DNA of 64,000 nucleotides from a virus. The DNA lies in IMG/VR virus record IMGVR_UViG_3300045988_092736, positions 43,380 through 107,379 of that record; one strand, given 5' to 3'. The notes under the pieces are model-generated. The model was not told the origin of the DNA, did no database searches, and was given only the letters and a program-made list of their open reading frames with translations. How positions within the stretch are numbered: the stretch's first letter is position 1; every line of letters starts with the position of its first letter. A program made the translations under genes and the position numbers. Positions 54,558-63,807 of the stretch are shown in pieces.

Positions 54558-54913
54558 CAACTATGAATAAGAAGAAAGTTAAAGGGCTGATACAAGAAGT
54601 TATCAGCAGCAATATTGATAGCTTGGAGTTTGGAAGCGATAAGCATAATGCTCCTTTGAGAAAGGCAAATAGCTTATTGCATGATGCTTTGATAGAGTTA
54701 GGAAAGTCAGACTGGGTATCTGTTGAGGATGAGTTGCCACCTTACGGAGAAGAAGTCTTTGTAACAAGCAAGATGGCTCCTGATAATGTTTTCAAAAACA
54801 GAAGAGTGGAATGCACTACCGTCTCAAAAGATGGTAATGACTTCATCGTCTTATGGGAAGGGAGAATGGCTCGTATCACTCATTGGAAACCTATTGAAAA
54901 GTTGGAGGAATAA
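54554..54913 (+). CDS. DUF551-like phage protein, paralog of 30076..30402
   Basis: 'DWVSVEDELPPYGEEVFVTS...ITHWKPIEKL' matches 'DWISVKERLPEFEEEVLVTN...VTHWQDIKKL'. Confidence 0.5.
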   Translation: MTTMNKKKVKGLIQEVISSNIDSLEFGSDKHNAPLRKANSLLHDALIELGKSDWVSVEDELPPYGEEVFVTSKMAPDNVFKNRRVECTTVSKDGNDFIVLWEGRMARITHWKPIEKLEE

Positions 54914-54915
54914 GT

Positions 54916-55281
54916 ATGCATAATAAAGTTAAAGAAGCATTAGGTAGTGCAAGCTACCTTACATATCACTGGAGCCAGTACACCTTCGAGCAGCTTGAAA
55001 AAGAAATGGCTAGAGTGTGCGGACTATGTAACAAGGCTTTAGGCGTTTCTAAAGATGATAGTATTACTGATTTTGAGCGTGGACAATGGTCAGTTATTCA
55101 AAACATAATTGGCTACGTAAAATATTATGGATTAGCAGCAGAACTTTTCCGTGAAGCTGGCATCGGTTACAAGAAAATAAAGGCTCTCCAGAAGGATTGC
55201 GGTTGTTCCTACAAGGAAGAAGTTTATGACTTCCTGAAGGAAAGTCGTAACGGTGGGGCTTATTTAAAATTGGAGGATTAG
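54916..55281 (+). CDS. hypothetical protein
   Basis: Intact ORF ending 'LKLED*' at a TTGGAGGATTA junction. Confidence 0.4.
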   Translation: MHNKVKEALGSASYLTYHWSQYTFEQLEKEMARVCGLCNKALGVSKDDSITDFERGQWSVIQNIIGYVKYYGLAAELFREAGIGYKKIKALQKDCGCSYKEEVYDFLKESRNGGAYLKLED

Positions 55282-55284
55282 CCT

Positions 55285-55524
55285 ATGATTATAGAAGATA
55301 TAATCAACGAAAAGTGTGTAACCTTTATGACTGAAGAGCCTATGGATAATATCCAATCTGCTGAGTACTTCAAGGAAAATATCCTACCAAATGAAGTAGA
55401 GATTACACACGATGATGGTAACTATTTTGAGGTTTCTGTTAATTGTAAATCATATAGTTGTGACGTATATGGCAATGGTGATTTTTATCACTCTATTGCC
55501 GAGTTTAAATTATTGGAGGATTGA
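55285..55524 (+). CDS. hypothetical protein
   Basis: Intact ORF ending 'LLED*'. Confidence 0.35.
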   Translation: MIIEDIINEKCVTFMTEEPMDNIQSAEYFKENILPNEVEITHDDGNYFEVSVNCKSYSCDVYGNGDFYHSIAEFKLLED

Positions 55525-55851
55525 TTATGACAAAATTTAAAGTAGTTAGATATTGGGATACATATCCCGATAGAGTCATTGCAACTTGCGATACAGAGGA
55601 AGAGGCAGAAAAGATATGTAATGAATATCGTAGAAACCGCAAGTCTATGTATGACTATTTAGTCAGAAAGGATGGCGAATAATGACTAGAGAAGAGTTAA
55701 GAAATAATTATGGAAATGAAATCTGTGAGTTATGCCACCGAGAGTATTATACTAGCAGAGCACTCCCAGAATCACTTTGCGAAGGTCAGTTTTGCGAAGA
55801 GGCAGAAGATTATTTCGCAGATGAACATAATATAAAATTGGAGGATTGATT

Positions 55852-56253
55852 ATGAATCGTAAAGAAGCAGCAGAGTTATCGCCATTTATTAAGGCGTTTG
55901 GCGAAGGAAGGATTATCGAATTTTCTAGTATTACTGATGTAAGTAAGGCATGGAGAGAAGTTACAGATTTTCCTATTGGAATGATTAAAAATTTCAAGTT
56001 CCGCATCAAGCCAGCGCCAAAGTACAGACCTTTTGCCAATGCAGAAGAGTGCTGGGCAGAAATGCTCAAACACCAGCCGTTTGGTGTTGTTAAAGACAAG
56101 TACTTTGCTAATTATCAGACACATCGTGCATTTACATGCTTAGTTACTAATGGTTGTCACTTCCGTGGATATGAAGATGAGACATTTGAAAGTAGCTTTA
56201 AGAATTTGTTATTTGCCGATGGCACTCCATTTGGTATTAAAGTGGAGGAATAG
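55852..56253 (+). CDS. hypothetical protein
   Basis: ATG at 55852 after 'TTGGAGGATTGATT'. The listed 55846 start is a TTG. Confidence 0.4.
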   Translation: MNRKEAAELSPFIKAFGEGRIIEFSSITDVSKAWREVTDFPIGMIKNFKFRIKPAPKYRPFANAEECWAEMLKHQPFGVVKDKYFANYQTHRAFTCLVTNGCHFRGYEDETFESSFKNLLFADGTPFGIKVEE

Positions 56254-56256
56254 CAT

Positions 56257-56442
56257 ATGATATTGTATCAGATTTGGTGTAAACGTACTTATGTTAGTGG
56301 CGGTTTCTGTGAAGGCGAAGATGAGCCAACACAACTAATATTTACTACATTAGATAAGGCACGTTCAAAAATACCAAAAGACCATTATAGTAAAGAAAAT
56401 GGTTCACGTGAATACTACATTAAAAAGATTGAAATTGAATAA
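56257..56442 (+). CDS. hypothetical protein
   Basis: Intact ORF. Confidence 0.3.
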   Translation: MILYQIWCKRTYVSGGFCEGEDEPTQLIFTTLDKARSKIPKDHYSKENGSREYYIKKIEIE

Positions 56443-56458
56443 AAATGGAGGAATAGTT

Positions 56459-56935
56459 ATGGTAATTTCAAGAAAGAAACAATTAAATTATGTTTTGAAC
56501 CTTGATTATCCAATTATTGGTAATAAAGTTCAAATAGATTTGGATGATACAGATAGTATCACCTTTTCTCGCTTTGTATCAAAAAAGGCAGTAGTAATGT
56601 GTGCAAATAGGTTAGAGTATATTTTGGCTAACAACCCAGATAACTTTGACCTTGATATAGAGTTAAGCAATTTGCATGAAACCTTGCGATTTGCAGAGAA
56701 GAATCTTAAAGTCGCAGGTGGAATAGAAGAATGGAATGGGAATACAGCATGGCTATGTGTTAATTCTTTCGGCATGGAACTTATGTTTGCATCTAAACCT
56801 AAAAAGATTGATGATAGTTGGCGAGATGATAATGGATGTTGTAAGTGTTTAGAACTACCTAAAGGCAGTATCAAGAAACTCATCGGAAGAGAACTTACTT
56901 GGAGCGATGATGCTGTAGAACTTAAAAAAGAATAG
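56459..56935 (+). CDS. hypothetical protein, shares C-terminal module with the 4032 gene
   Basis: ATG at 56459 after 'ATGGAGGAATAGTT'. See 4032. Confidence 0.4.
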   Translation: MVISRKKQLNYVLNLDYPIIGNKVQIDLDDTDSITFSRFVSKKAVVMCANRLEYILANNPDNFDLDIELSNLHETLRFAEKNLKVAGGIEEWNGNTAWLCVNSFGMELMFASKPKKIDDSWRDDNGCCKCLELPKGSIKKLIGRELTWSDDAVELKKE

Positions 56936-56937
56936 TT

Positions 56938-57225
56938 ATGACAAAACCTTACAGAATCAAGCATAAGGCTAGTGGATATTTCTACCAACGTTACAACGGA
57001 AGTAACCTTGGCAAGAAAGGCAAGGTGTATATGAATAATCAATCACCACTTACAATGTGTGATAATGAGAACTTTATACGTATTCAGATTCGTCACAACA
57101 CTTTAGCTTATAAGGCATTGAGAGATACGCTTGCCAAATATGTTATAGGTAAAGATGATGAGTGTGAATGGCATAGTACATCTTACAGAGTTCCGAAAAG
57201 TGAATTTGAAAAAGAAGAATTATAG
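56938..57225 (+). CDS. hypothetical protein
   Basis: Intact ORF. Confidence 0.35.
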   Translation: MTKPYRIKHKASGYFYQRYNGSNLGKKGKVYMNNQSPLTMCDNENFIRIQIRHNTLAYKALRDTLAKYVIGKDDECEWHSTSYRVPKSEFEKEEL

Positions 57226-57228
57226 CTT

Positions 57229-57609
57229 ATGAAAGTAGAAAATATCAAGTTTAAGGCAAAACGTCTTGACAACGGAGAATGGATAATCGGAAGCTTTGTT
57301 GTAATGAAGATTCCTGCACTTAGCAAAACTACTATAGGTATCGTAGAAGCAGGCGGTGCAACGCTTCATGAAATTGACCCTGTTACTGTCTGCCAGTTCA
57401 CAGGGCTGACAGATTGTGAAGGTAAAGAATTGTTTGAACACGACCTAATACATTTCGTAGGGTATAAGCCTATAGGCGAAGTGATTTGGTCAGAAGAGAA
57501 CTATGCTTTTATGGTAGTCAGCGGAAATGAACCTTTTTATTGGCTTTCAGAAGTTCTGGAAATTGGTAAGATAGAAAGAGTTGGCAATAAATTCGATAAA
57601 AAGAAGTAG
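57229..57609 (+). CDS. YopX-like phage protein, paralog of 5494..5886
   Basis: 'MKVENIKFKAKRLDNGEW...VCQFTGLTDCEGKELFEHDLI...GNKFDKKK'. Confidence 0.55.
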   Translation: MKVENIKFKAKRLDNGEWIIGSFVVMKIPALSKTTIGIVEAGGATLHEIDPVTVCQFTGLTDCEGKELFEHDLIHFVGYKPIGEVIWSEENYAFMVVSGNEPFYWLSEVLEIGKIERVGNKFDKKK

Positions 57610-57945
57610 CGTATGAAGCGTATAAAAAGTATATTCTCTATGTTTGCTTATTGGGATAGAGTACATCAATTCCCAGACGGGCATATTAAAGTAGAAAATA
57701 ATTTAGCTTGGAGAAGAAAACATATGCATGTTCGCAGTAGTAATAAACAAATACCTTTTTAGCGTATGAAAAAAGAAACAAGAAATGTAGTAGTTCTCGA
57801 TTGGGAGGATAAAATTAAGCTACAACAATTTATCAAGGATTTGGAACAAATCTCTGAGACTTACCAAAGGCCTTGTAAGGAACTTACAGGTATCAATAAT
57901 ACAATTTACTATCTCAAAACGATTGAGGAGGAAATTAATTAAGAT

Positions 57946-58203
57946 ATGAGACTTTTAAAGAAAGATAAGCTAACGGCATATTGGGATAAGAAAGAGAACT
58001 GCATTGGTGCTTATCATCCTCTAGGGTTTATGACTCAAACAGATGCTCATTATCTTTTCGATAAGGTCTTCACCAAAGAGTTTGTCAAAGAAATGACTGA
58101 TAGAGGATATGATGTTACAACGATGAAGTTTGAAATCTCTCCCAAGTTGCCGAACTATGAGCGATTCAACGGCTTATCAGAGAAGTATTACGGAAAGAAA
58201 TAG
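57946..58203 (+). CDS. hypothetical protein
   Basis: Ends at a TAGTAGCGTATG junction. Confidence 0.35.
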   Translation: MRLLKKDKLTAYWDKKENCIGAYHPLGFMTQTDAHYLFDKVFTKEFVKEMTDRGYDVTTMKFEISPKLPNYERFNGLSEKYYGKK

Positions 58204-58209
58204 TAGCGT

Positions 58210-58443
58210 ATGAAGAATAAGATTTTAGACTTAACCAAGTCAGCCGTTTGGTTGGTCTTGTGTCTGATTGTTGGTGCATTGATATGTGAGGGCATTTGCT
58301 CATTGGCTAATATCAATAAACCAGCAAAGAGAGTTGGTATATCTGTAATCACAGAAGAAGAGCACGATTATCTGGTTGTGGACACGAAACATGGTGTTTG
58401 CGTTATCCACGCTGAGAGTTGCCCTTGTCGTAAAAAGAAGTAG
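58210..58443 (+). CDS. small membrane protein
   Basis: TM 'AVWLVLCLIVGALICEGICSLA'. Confidence 0.35.
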   Translation: MKNKILDLTKSAVWLVLCLIVGALICEGICSLANINKPAKRVGISVITEEEHDYLVVDTKHGVCVIHAESCPCRKKK

Positions 58444-58446
58444 CGT

Positions 58447-58752
58447 ATGGAAAATAATATGTTTGAAGATATTGTTGCTGAAGGCAATATAGTTGTGATA
58501 AATAATAATTGGATTGTGTTATGTAAGTGTTGGAAACCAGAATATCATAATCTGTTCTGTTATCTTTATCTCCATAAGGAATATAAGAATTTAATGGTAG
58601 GCTCTCATTTCACAATGACCGAGGATAAAAAGAAATCTACTCGGTTGGCTACCAACGAGGAGCGTCTTATGCTTTTTGATGAAATGTTCAAGTATGGAAT
58701 TACTTTCGATAAGCACGAACATCGTTTGATTGGAAAGTTAGTTGGTGTATGA
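58447..58752 (+). CDS. hypothetical protein
   Basis: Intact ORF. Confidence 0.35.
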   Translation: MENNMFEDIVAEGNIVVINNNWIVLCKCWKPEYHNLFCYLYLHKEYKNLMVGSHFTMTEDKKKSTRLATNEERLMLFDEMFKYGITFDKHEHRLIGKLVGV

Positions 58753-58926
58753 AGATTAGATTAGCTAAGAAGATAATGAAGCAAGCTCGTCATCTAAGTA
58801 CGGCAAGTGATTATTGGTACAGAAGATTAAGAGATTTTGAGTACAAAATATGCTATGGTTTTGTTGGTAAAAAAGACCACCGCATCACCAAGGCGATAAG
58901 TTTAACAAGTAAAAAGAGAAAAATAT
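58750..58926 (+). CDS. 'MKIRLAKKIM' family small protein (58 aa, below the ORF-track cutoff)
   Basis: ATG AAG ATT AGA TTA GCT AAG AAG ATA ATG ... '...HRITKAISLTSKKRKI'. Homolog of 7098, 7429 and 6184. Confidence 0.4.
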
Positions 58927-59149
58927 GAAGAAGTATGAATGGGAATATATGGTAACTTCAATAGTTGTTAATAAAGCTGACGAGATAGCTCAGGTTCTAT
59001 CTAGTAGATTTAATAAAGAAGGCTATGATGGTTGGGAGCTAGTACAATGGAACTTAATACCTCCATCTGCATTAGCAACTGAATCTACAACACCTTGTAG
59101 TGGTTCAATCTATATTCTTGCAACATTTAAGAAGAAGTTGAGAGTGTAA
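58925..59149 (+). CDS. hypothetical protein
   Basis: Intact ORF. Confidence 0.35.
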   Translation: MKKYEWEYMVTSIVVNKADEIAQVLSSRFNKEGYDGWELVQWNLIPPSALATESTTPCSGSIYILATFKKKLRV

Positions 59150-59327
59150 TGGTAAGCAATGATACTGAGCTTAGAATGATAGCTGCACAGATAACTATGA
59201 AGGCTTCTGTTGGAGCAGAAGACTTATGTAGCCGTTATAGTAGTGTATCACGTATGTTAGGTAATATGTTTAATGATGTGTATTACATTCTCCAAGATGT
59301 AAGATACAGATATAAATACAAGTAGTT

Positions 59328-59522
59328 ATGAGCAAGCAAACATTTGACTTCTCGGAGGCTTTAAAGCGTATGAGAAAAGGAAAGCTCGTAAAGCGTGAAA
59401 ATGGGCTTTATCCGTTTGGTATTGACGAGGAAGGAATATTCTATCATTATGGGCATCATATATTCAAGGAAGATAGAATGCTCTCAGAGGATATACTTGC
59501 AATAGACTGGGAGGAGGTGTAA
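59328..59522 (+). CDS. DUF2829 / Tad2-like small protein
   Basis: 'FDFSEALKRMRKGKLVKRENG' and C-terminal 'EDILAIDWEEV' match the DUF2829 pattern (F.FSEAL.ALK.GK.V.R..W ... DLLAEDWEIV). Confidence 0.55.
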   Translation: MSKQTFDFSEALKRMRKGKLVKRENGLYPFGIDEEGIFYHYGHHIFKEDRMLSEDILAIDWEEV

Positions 59523-59524
59523 GG

Positions 59525-60268
59525 ATGAAAAAGAAAATATTGACTCTCACCATCAGCAAGCAGTGGTTTGATATGATTGTGGCTGGCGAAAAGACTGAGG
59601 AATACAGAGCTGTCAAATCGTATTGGATAAACCGCTTAATTCAAGCAAAATACGGAGGAAGTGATGAATATCGCAAGGTTACAATGCACCCAGAGTTTGA
59701 TATGCTTATAAGCAATTCAAAGCTCAAAGAGTTGCTTGAAAAGAAAACCGCTAGGTTCATCCCTTACACCTACGTCCGATTCTTCTGCGGTTATGCGAAA
59801 AATCGTCCGATGATAGAAAAGAAAATCGAAGGTATCACCTTTGGAAAGCCGAAAAATGGCTTGATACTGAGTTTTTTATTATTAAATTTAAGTGATATGA
59901 AAATAAAGAATTTACCAAAGAAGATTTACCTCAATATCTGTAGCAATGAAGATGAGGTAGATTACAATGAGCTTAACGGAGTAACGTTCAGTACAGAAAT
60001 GGTTGGTGTTACCGATTGTGATACGGAAAACGTTCCTTACGTGAATGCTGCATCATTATGGCACGACCTAAAAGAAGATAAGCCACCTTTAAAAAAGTGG
60101 GTAATGTTCCGATATAGTGGAGGTGGCGTAAATCCTACGGCTCTTCATTATGGAGCAATGAGTGACGATATATGGGTTGTCACAAGAGGAGACGGAACAC
60201 AGCGTATCGAAGTTCTGTATGAGTGCTACGATAAGATTGAGTGGCTTGACTTTGATGAACTAAAATAG
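59525..60268 (+). CDS. ASCH/DUF3850-like PUA-fold domain protein with C-terminal extension
   Basis: N-terminus 'LTLTISKQWFDMIVAGEKTEEYRAVKSYW' matches the ASCH/DUF3850 signature. Confidence 0.4.
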   Translation: MKKKILTLTISKQWFDMIVAGEKTEEYRAVKSYWINRLIQAKYGGSDEYRKVTMHPEFDMLISNSKLKELLEKKTARFIPYTYVRFFCGYAKNRPMIEKKIEGITFGKPKNGLILSFLLLNLSDMKIKNLPKKIYLNICSNEDEVDYNELNGVTFSTEMVGVTDCDTENVPYVNAASLWHDLKEDKPPLKKWVMFRYSGGGVNPTALHYGAMSDDIWVVTRGDGTQRIEVLYECYDKIEWLDFDELK

Positions 60269-60277
60269 CGATAGCGT

Positions 60278-60505
60278 ATGACAAATAAAGATTTTTTTAA
60301 TGCGTATCGTGGAGAGCCTGTTCTTTATAAAGGTAATGATATTGGTGCATACGTTGCAGGGTATGTAGAGGAAAAGTATATTATCCTTGGGTTCTATGAT
60401 GATAAAGGATGTATCCTTGCCTTTAATACAGATGTGAATGTAGATAAGATATATGTATCATACAGATTCGCAAAATTAAAGTATTTGGAAGTAGTAAAAC
60501 ATTAG
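60278..60505 (+). CDS. hypothetical protein
   Basis: Starts at a TAGCGATAGCGTATG junction. Confidence 0.35.
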   Translation: MTNKDFFNAYRGEPVLYKGNDIGAYVAGYVEEKYIILGFYDDKGCILAFNTDVNVDKIYVSYRFAKLKYLEVVKH

Positions 60506-60509
60506 TAAT

Positions 60510-60851
60510 ATGGAAAAAGATAACAGTTGTTTTAAGCTTTTATTTGTTCTTTTTATATTAGGAATTTTTGCTTATATGGGTGTTAACGATAGGTCTCATA
60601 AAGGTAAAACTTTTTGGTATGAAGTAATAGATAAACGAGAGTCTGTAGGAAGTCACTTCTCAATTATTAACAAGGGAGTGAGGACAGATTATAATATAAT
60701 ATTCAAACGAATTGATAACGGAAAGCTGTTCCCATGTAAAGATGTGGAGTATGGAGACTATATTCAATATCAGTTAAACTACAAGTACTCCATAACAGAG
60801 GAAGATATGCAAAGGCTTTCAGGTATTTATAATAGGGATTTCTATAAGTAA
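60510..60851 (+). CDS. membrane-anchored hypothetical protein
   Basis: TM 'CFKLLFVLFILGIFAYMGV'. Confidence 0.35.
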   Translation: MEKDNSCFKLLFVLFILGIFAYMGVNDRSHKGKTFWYEVIDKRESVGSHFSIINKGVRTDYNIIFKRIDNGKLFPCKDVEYGDYIQYQLNYKYSITEEDMQRLSGIYNRDFYK

Positions 60852-60864
60852 TAAAAAAGAGAAT

Positions 60865-61236
60865 ATGAAGAAATATAAATATACGAACAAAGAGGAAAGA
60901 CCAATACCCAAATATAAGAATGGTGATATTGCTTGGTATATTGATGGATGGTTTGATGCCCCACAACGCTGTATAGTAAAGGGATGCTGCAACGTATCTT
61001 GGTTTGAGGGGAACGAATTTAATTCTTCGGGTTGGTGGATAGATTATAGATACAAACCCGACCATTGTAAACGAACCGTACAGCATACAATTAGAGAAGA
61101 AGAGCTTTTTGATACCGAGCAAGAGGCTTTAATTGCATTGTTCGAGAAGTTTAAAGATAAAGTAAAACGTAAAATAGAATTCTTTAATAAAGAGTCAAAA
61201 AAACTTGGTATTAAACAAGAGTTGCGATTGCTTTAA
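60865..61236 (+). CDS. hypothetical protein
   Basis: Intact ORF. Confidence 0.4.
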   Translation: MKKYKYTNKEERPIPKYKNGDIAWYIDGWFDAPQRCIVKGCCNVSWFEGNEFNSSGWWIDYRYKPDHCKRTVQHTIREEELFDTEQEALIALFEKFKDKVKRKIEFFNKESKKLGIKQELRLL

Positions 61237-61239
61237 AAA

Positions 61240-61278
61240 GGGTAGGGAAAGTTATTCTTCCCCTATCTCTTTTAAACC
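61240..61278. terminator. bidirectional hairpin between convergent genes
   Basis: 'aaaaAGGGTAGGGAAAGttattCTTCCCCTATCTcttttaaa'. Confidence 0.4.
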
Positions 61279-61689
61279 CAAATCTATTAATAGCTTATCC
61301 AATATCTCATTCACGTCATTACGGAAACTTCGGTAAGTAACATAATAGAAACTGATGTTTTTGTAATCATGGCTTACATTAGAACATGTACACCCCAAAA
61401 CCTTAGCGATTTTTTCTCTTAACCCTCTTCTCATCTTAGAACCGCCAAGGGCACTAGGAGAATAAAGATAAAGAATAACAAAGATAAATTGCTTGCGTAC
61501 CATTGTGGAATTTCGTCCGGCATGATAGCTCATAAACTTATCGTAAATATTGCCTACTTGCGATAAGTCTTGCATCAATGGAATGGAAAGACTTATTTCT
61601 TCCTTGGATAAGATGGCCTTAGTTTCTCTAATCCATTTTATGCGTTCCATGATTTTCTTTAGATTCATTTCAATGTCTGGTTCTTTCAT
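61252..61689 (-). CDS. hypothetical protein
   Basis: Minus-strand block at the window end. Confidence 0.4.
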   Translation of the reverse strand: MKEPDIEMNLKKIMERIKWIRETKAILSKEEISLSIPLMQDLSQVGNIYDKFMSYHAGRNSTMVRKQFIFVILYLYSPSALGGSKMRRGLREKIAKVLGCTCSNVSHDYKNISFYYVTYRSFRNDVNEILDKLLIDLGLKEIGEE

Positions 61690-61844
61690 TCTTTTCTATT
61701 TTTAATCCAACATTTCATAGACGAAGTTAACCGCGTCTGCATCTATTTGTTTCCTAAACTTTTCTATGTTAGAAACTATCAACGAGCAGTGCTCAAATGA
61801 ACTCTGCCCATTGATAACTTTTTCTATTCTCGTTATTCGGTATC

Positions 61845-62387
61845 TCATTTTATTTCGATAAGAGTTAAAATGCAATAACCTAACAAGTCTTTATAGCTGT
61901 CTATGACAGGCTCTTCTTTAGCATCCTCGTTCAAAGTCAGCAAAGAGCAAATACGATTAATCTTCTCTTGCAAATGACCGAATGCATACGGATAACCATC
62001 CTTAGAGAAACATTCCGAGAAAGCGTTTCCATACCGCTTATTCTTGGTTTTGAAAAGCTCGATTTGCGACCCGATGATGTCGTTATAATCAGAAACAATA
62101 TACCAAGAGAGCGTAAGCAAGGCTTCCATCGCCATTACGCTGATATGATTTCGTAAGGTTTCTTTGTCTTCAGAAGATGCTCGAATCTCATACATAAGAC
62201 GAAGGAAATTGGCTGCGCTTGAAAATAATCCGAGCTTTCCGAAGTCCTCCCTTAGAGATGAAACGAAAGTGGCATTATCCTTGCATTCAATCATGTCTGC
62301 CAAATGTCTAATCTCAAAGATATACTTGTTAGCATATTCGCAACACCCATTGTTATTTTGCTCCACCATGTCCGTATCCTCCTCCAC
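61845..62387 (-). CDS. hypothetical all-alpha protein (possibly DUF1599/MazG-like, unverified)
   Basis: 'KNKRYGNAFSECF...GHLQEKINRICSLL'. Adjacent to the dUTPase. Confidence 0.3.
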   Translation of the reverse strand: MEEDTDMVEQNNNGCCEYANKYIFEIRHLADMIECKDNATFVSSLREDFGKLGLFSSAANFLRLMYEIRASSEDKETLRNHISVMAMEALLTLSWYIVSDYNDIIGSQIELFKTKNKRYGNAFSECFSKDGYPYAFGHLQEKINRICSLLTLNEDAKEEPVIDSYKDLLGYCILTLIEIK

Positions 62388-62940
62388 GATTATTTTCCAT
62401 ATTCAACTCTCCAAGTATGCAATCTGGATTTTCTACCTTGCGGAATGCCCCCTGACAAATACGAGTACCTTTCTTGACTACGAAAACATAATATTCGTAA
62501 TCTGAATCTAGTTTAAATTTGCTATCCTTTGTCGGCATATAACGGTCGGAATTAACTCTATAAAGCGCACCAATATTGTCCCTATAGTCTTCATCGACCA
62601 GACCTAGACAAATATCAATATCCGCTCTAACATTAGTCATGTAACCAACTTGTGTTTCGTTCTTGCCAATAAAGGCCACATCAACTTGCATACCTTTGTC
62701 AGTAAAGCCGGAACGTGAACGAATATCCAAGCCAACATCTTTAGGAAGTTCAACACCTAAATGCAGATTTATGTGACCTCTTCCCATTTTCACCCAAGGC
62801 ATATTCAATACCACATCTTGTGGACAGTAAAAATCAACTGCCGCAGCATTACCTTCCTTATAAGGAACACGACCACCTCGCAAGTCAAGTACATAAGCCT
62901 TGCCTTGTGCTACTAACTTCTTTATTAACTCCTTATCCAT
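62353..62940 (-). CDS. dut: dUTP diphosphatase (dUTPase)
   Basis: Motif 2 'RSGFTDKG', motif 3 'GLVDEDYRDNIGALY', motif 5 'RGGGYGHGG'. Confidence 0.65.
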   Translation of the reverse strand: MDKELIKKLVAQGKAYVLDLRGGRVPYKEGNAAAVDFYCPQDVVLNMPWVKMGRGHINLHLGVELPKDVGLDIRSRSGFTDKGMQVDVAFIGKNETQVGYMTNVRADIDICLGLVDEDYRDNIGALYRVNSDRYMPTKDSKFKLDSDYEYYVFVVKKGTRICQGAFRKVENPDCILGELNMENNRGGGYGHGGAK

Positions 62941-63080
62941 TGTATATAAAGCCTAAATCATTTAAAGTTCTACAATTCTTAACCAGTCCTTTTGCCCATA
63001 AATTACGCAACTCAGGTAACGGGTCTTTTCCGTACCTATTCTTTATGGTTGCTAAGGTCAAGATTTCCGGTTTAATATGT

Positions 63081-63563
63081 TTATCTCTTTTCTGCTGTCT
63101 TAGCTCCTTCAGAATATTCTCCAAGTTCTCCATTGACGAAATCCTCCATTGTTATATTGTCAACCCCAAATTTATCAGCCAGATCATCGTTCCCAATAAT
63201 CAGCCAATTAGATTTGTCTTTGAGAAACTCTATACTCTCGGTGCTTTTTGCAGCATCAACAAAAGTATCATCAATATTATCAGTAGAGCAATATGGAACT
63301 ACCGCATTAACTGTATACATAGCAATTTCGTATGAAATAACCGATACCATTTTCTTGAATGTTATATCGCTTGAATACATTACTTGGTTCTTGTCATATC
63401 CTAAGATGTTGACACGGACTATATTATTATCTGCTTGCAACGCTCTAAAGAAATCGTGCTTTAGCTGAAAATCCGTAATATCTATAGGATGCTCGTTACC
63501 CGATGGAATACTTATAATATCCAACAGGCTTACAAAAATAACTTTTTTATTCATTGTCTTCAT
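63081..63563 (-). CDS. hypothetical protein
   Basis: Intact minus-strand ORF. Confidence 0.4.
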   Translation of the reverse strand: MKTMNKKVIFVSLLDIISIPSGNEHPIDITDFQLKHDFFRALQADNNIVRVNILGYDKNQVMYSSDITFKKMVSVISYEIAMYTVNAVVPYCSTDNIDDTFVDAAKSTESIEFLKDKSNWLIIGNDDLADKFGVDNITMEDFVNGELGEYSEGAKTAEKR

Positions 63564-63807
63564 CTGTTAATAATTTATCTATTGTTTTTTCTAATTCGTC
63601 TAATCTTAGAGTATAATCCTCTTCGTAAACGCATGTCAATGTAGAAATAAAGAACTTATCATTATCTGTTCTCAATTCAATCTCCATGTATTCCTCGTAA
63701 TAGCTATCATATTTAATTGCTATCGAAAAGGAGTTCATGTAATCTGGGTTGAACCTCCTCTGCAAAGCTTGCGCTCTCGTAAACGCATCATTGAATTCGT
63801 TTGTCAT
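63547..63807 (-). CDS. hypothetical protein
   Basis: Intact minus-strand ORF. Confidence 0.35.
   Translation of the reverse strand: MTNEFNDAFTRAQALQRRFNPDYMNSFSIAIKYDSYYEEYMEIELRTDNDKFFISTLTCVYEEDYTLRLDELEKTIDKLLTDEDNE

Noticed and set aside
62933-63133. 66-aa minus-strand ORF between dUTPase and 63081 gene
   Set aside because: It overlaps the 3' end of 63081..63563 by 53 nt. No conserved features. Left uncalled.
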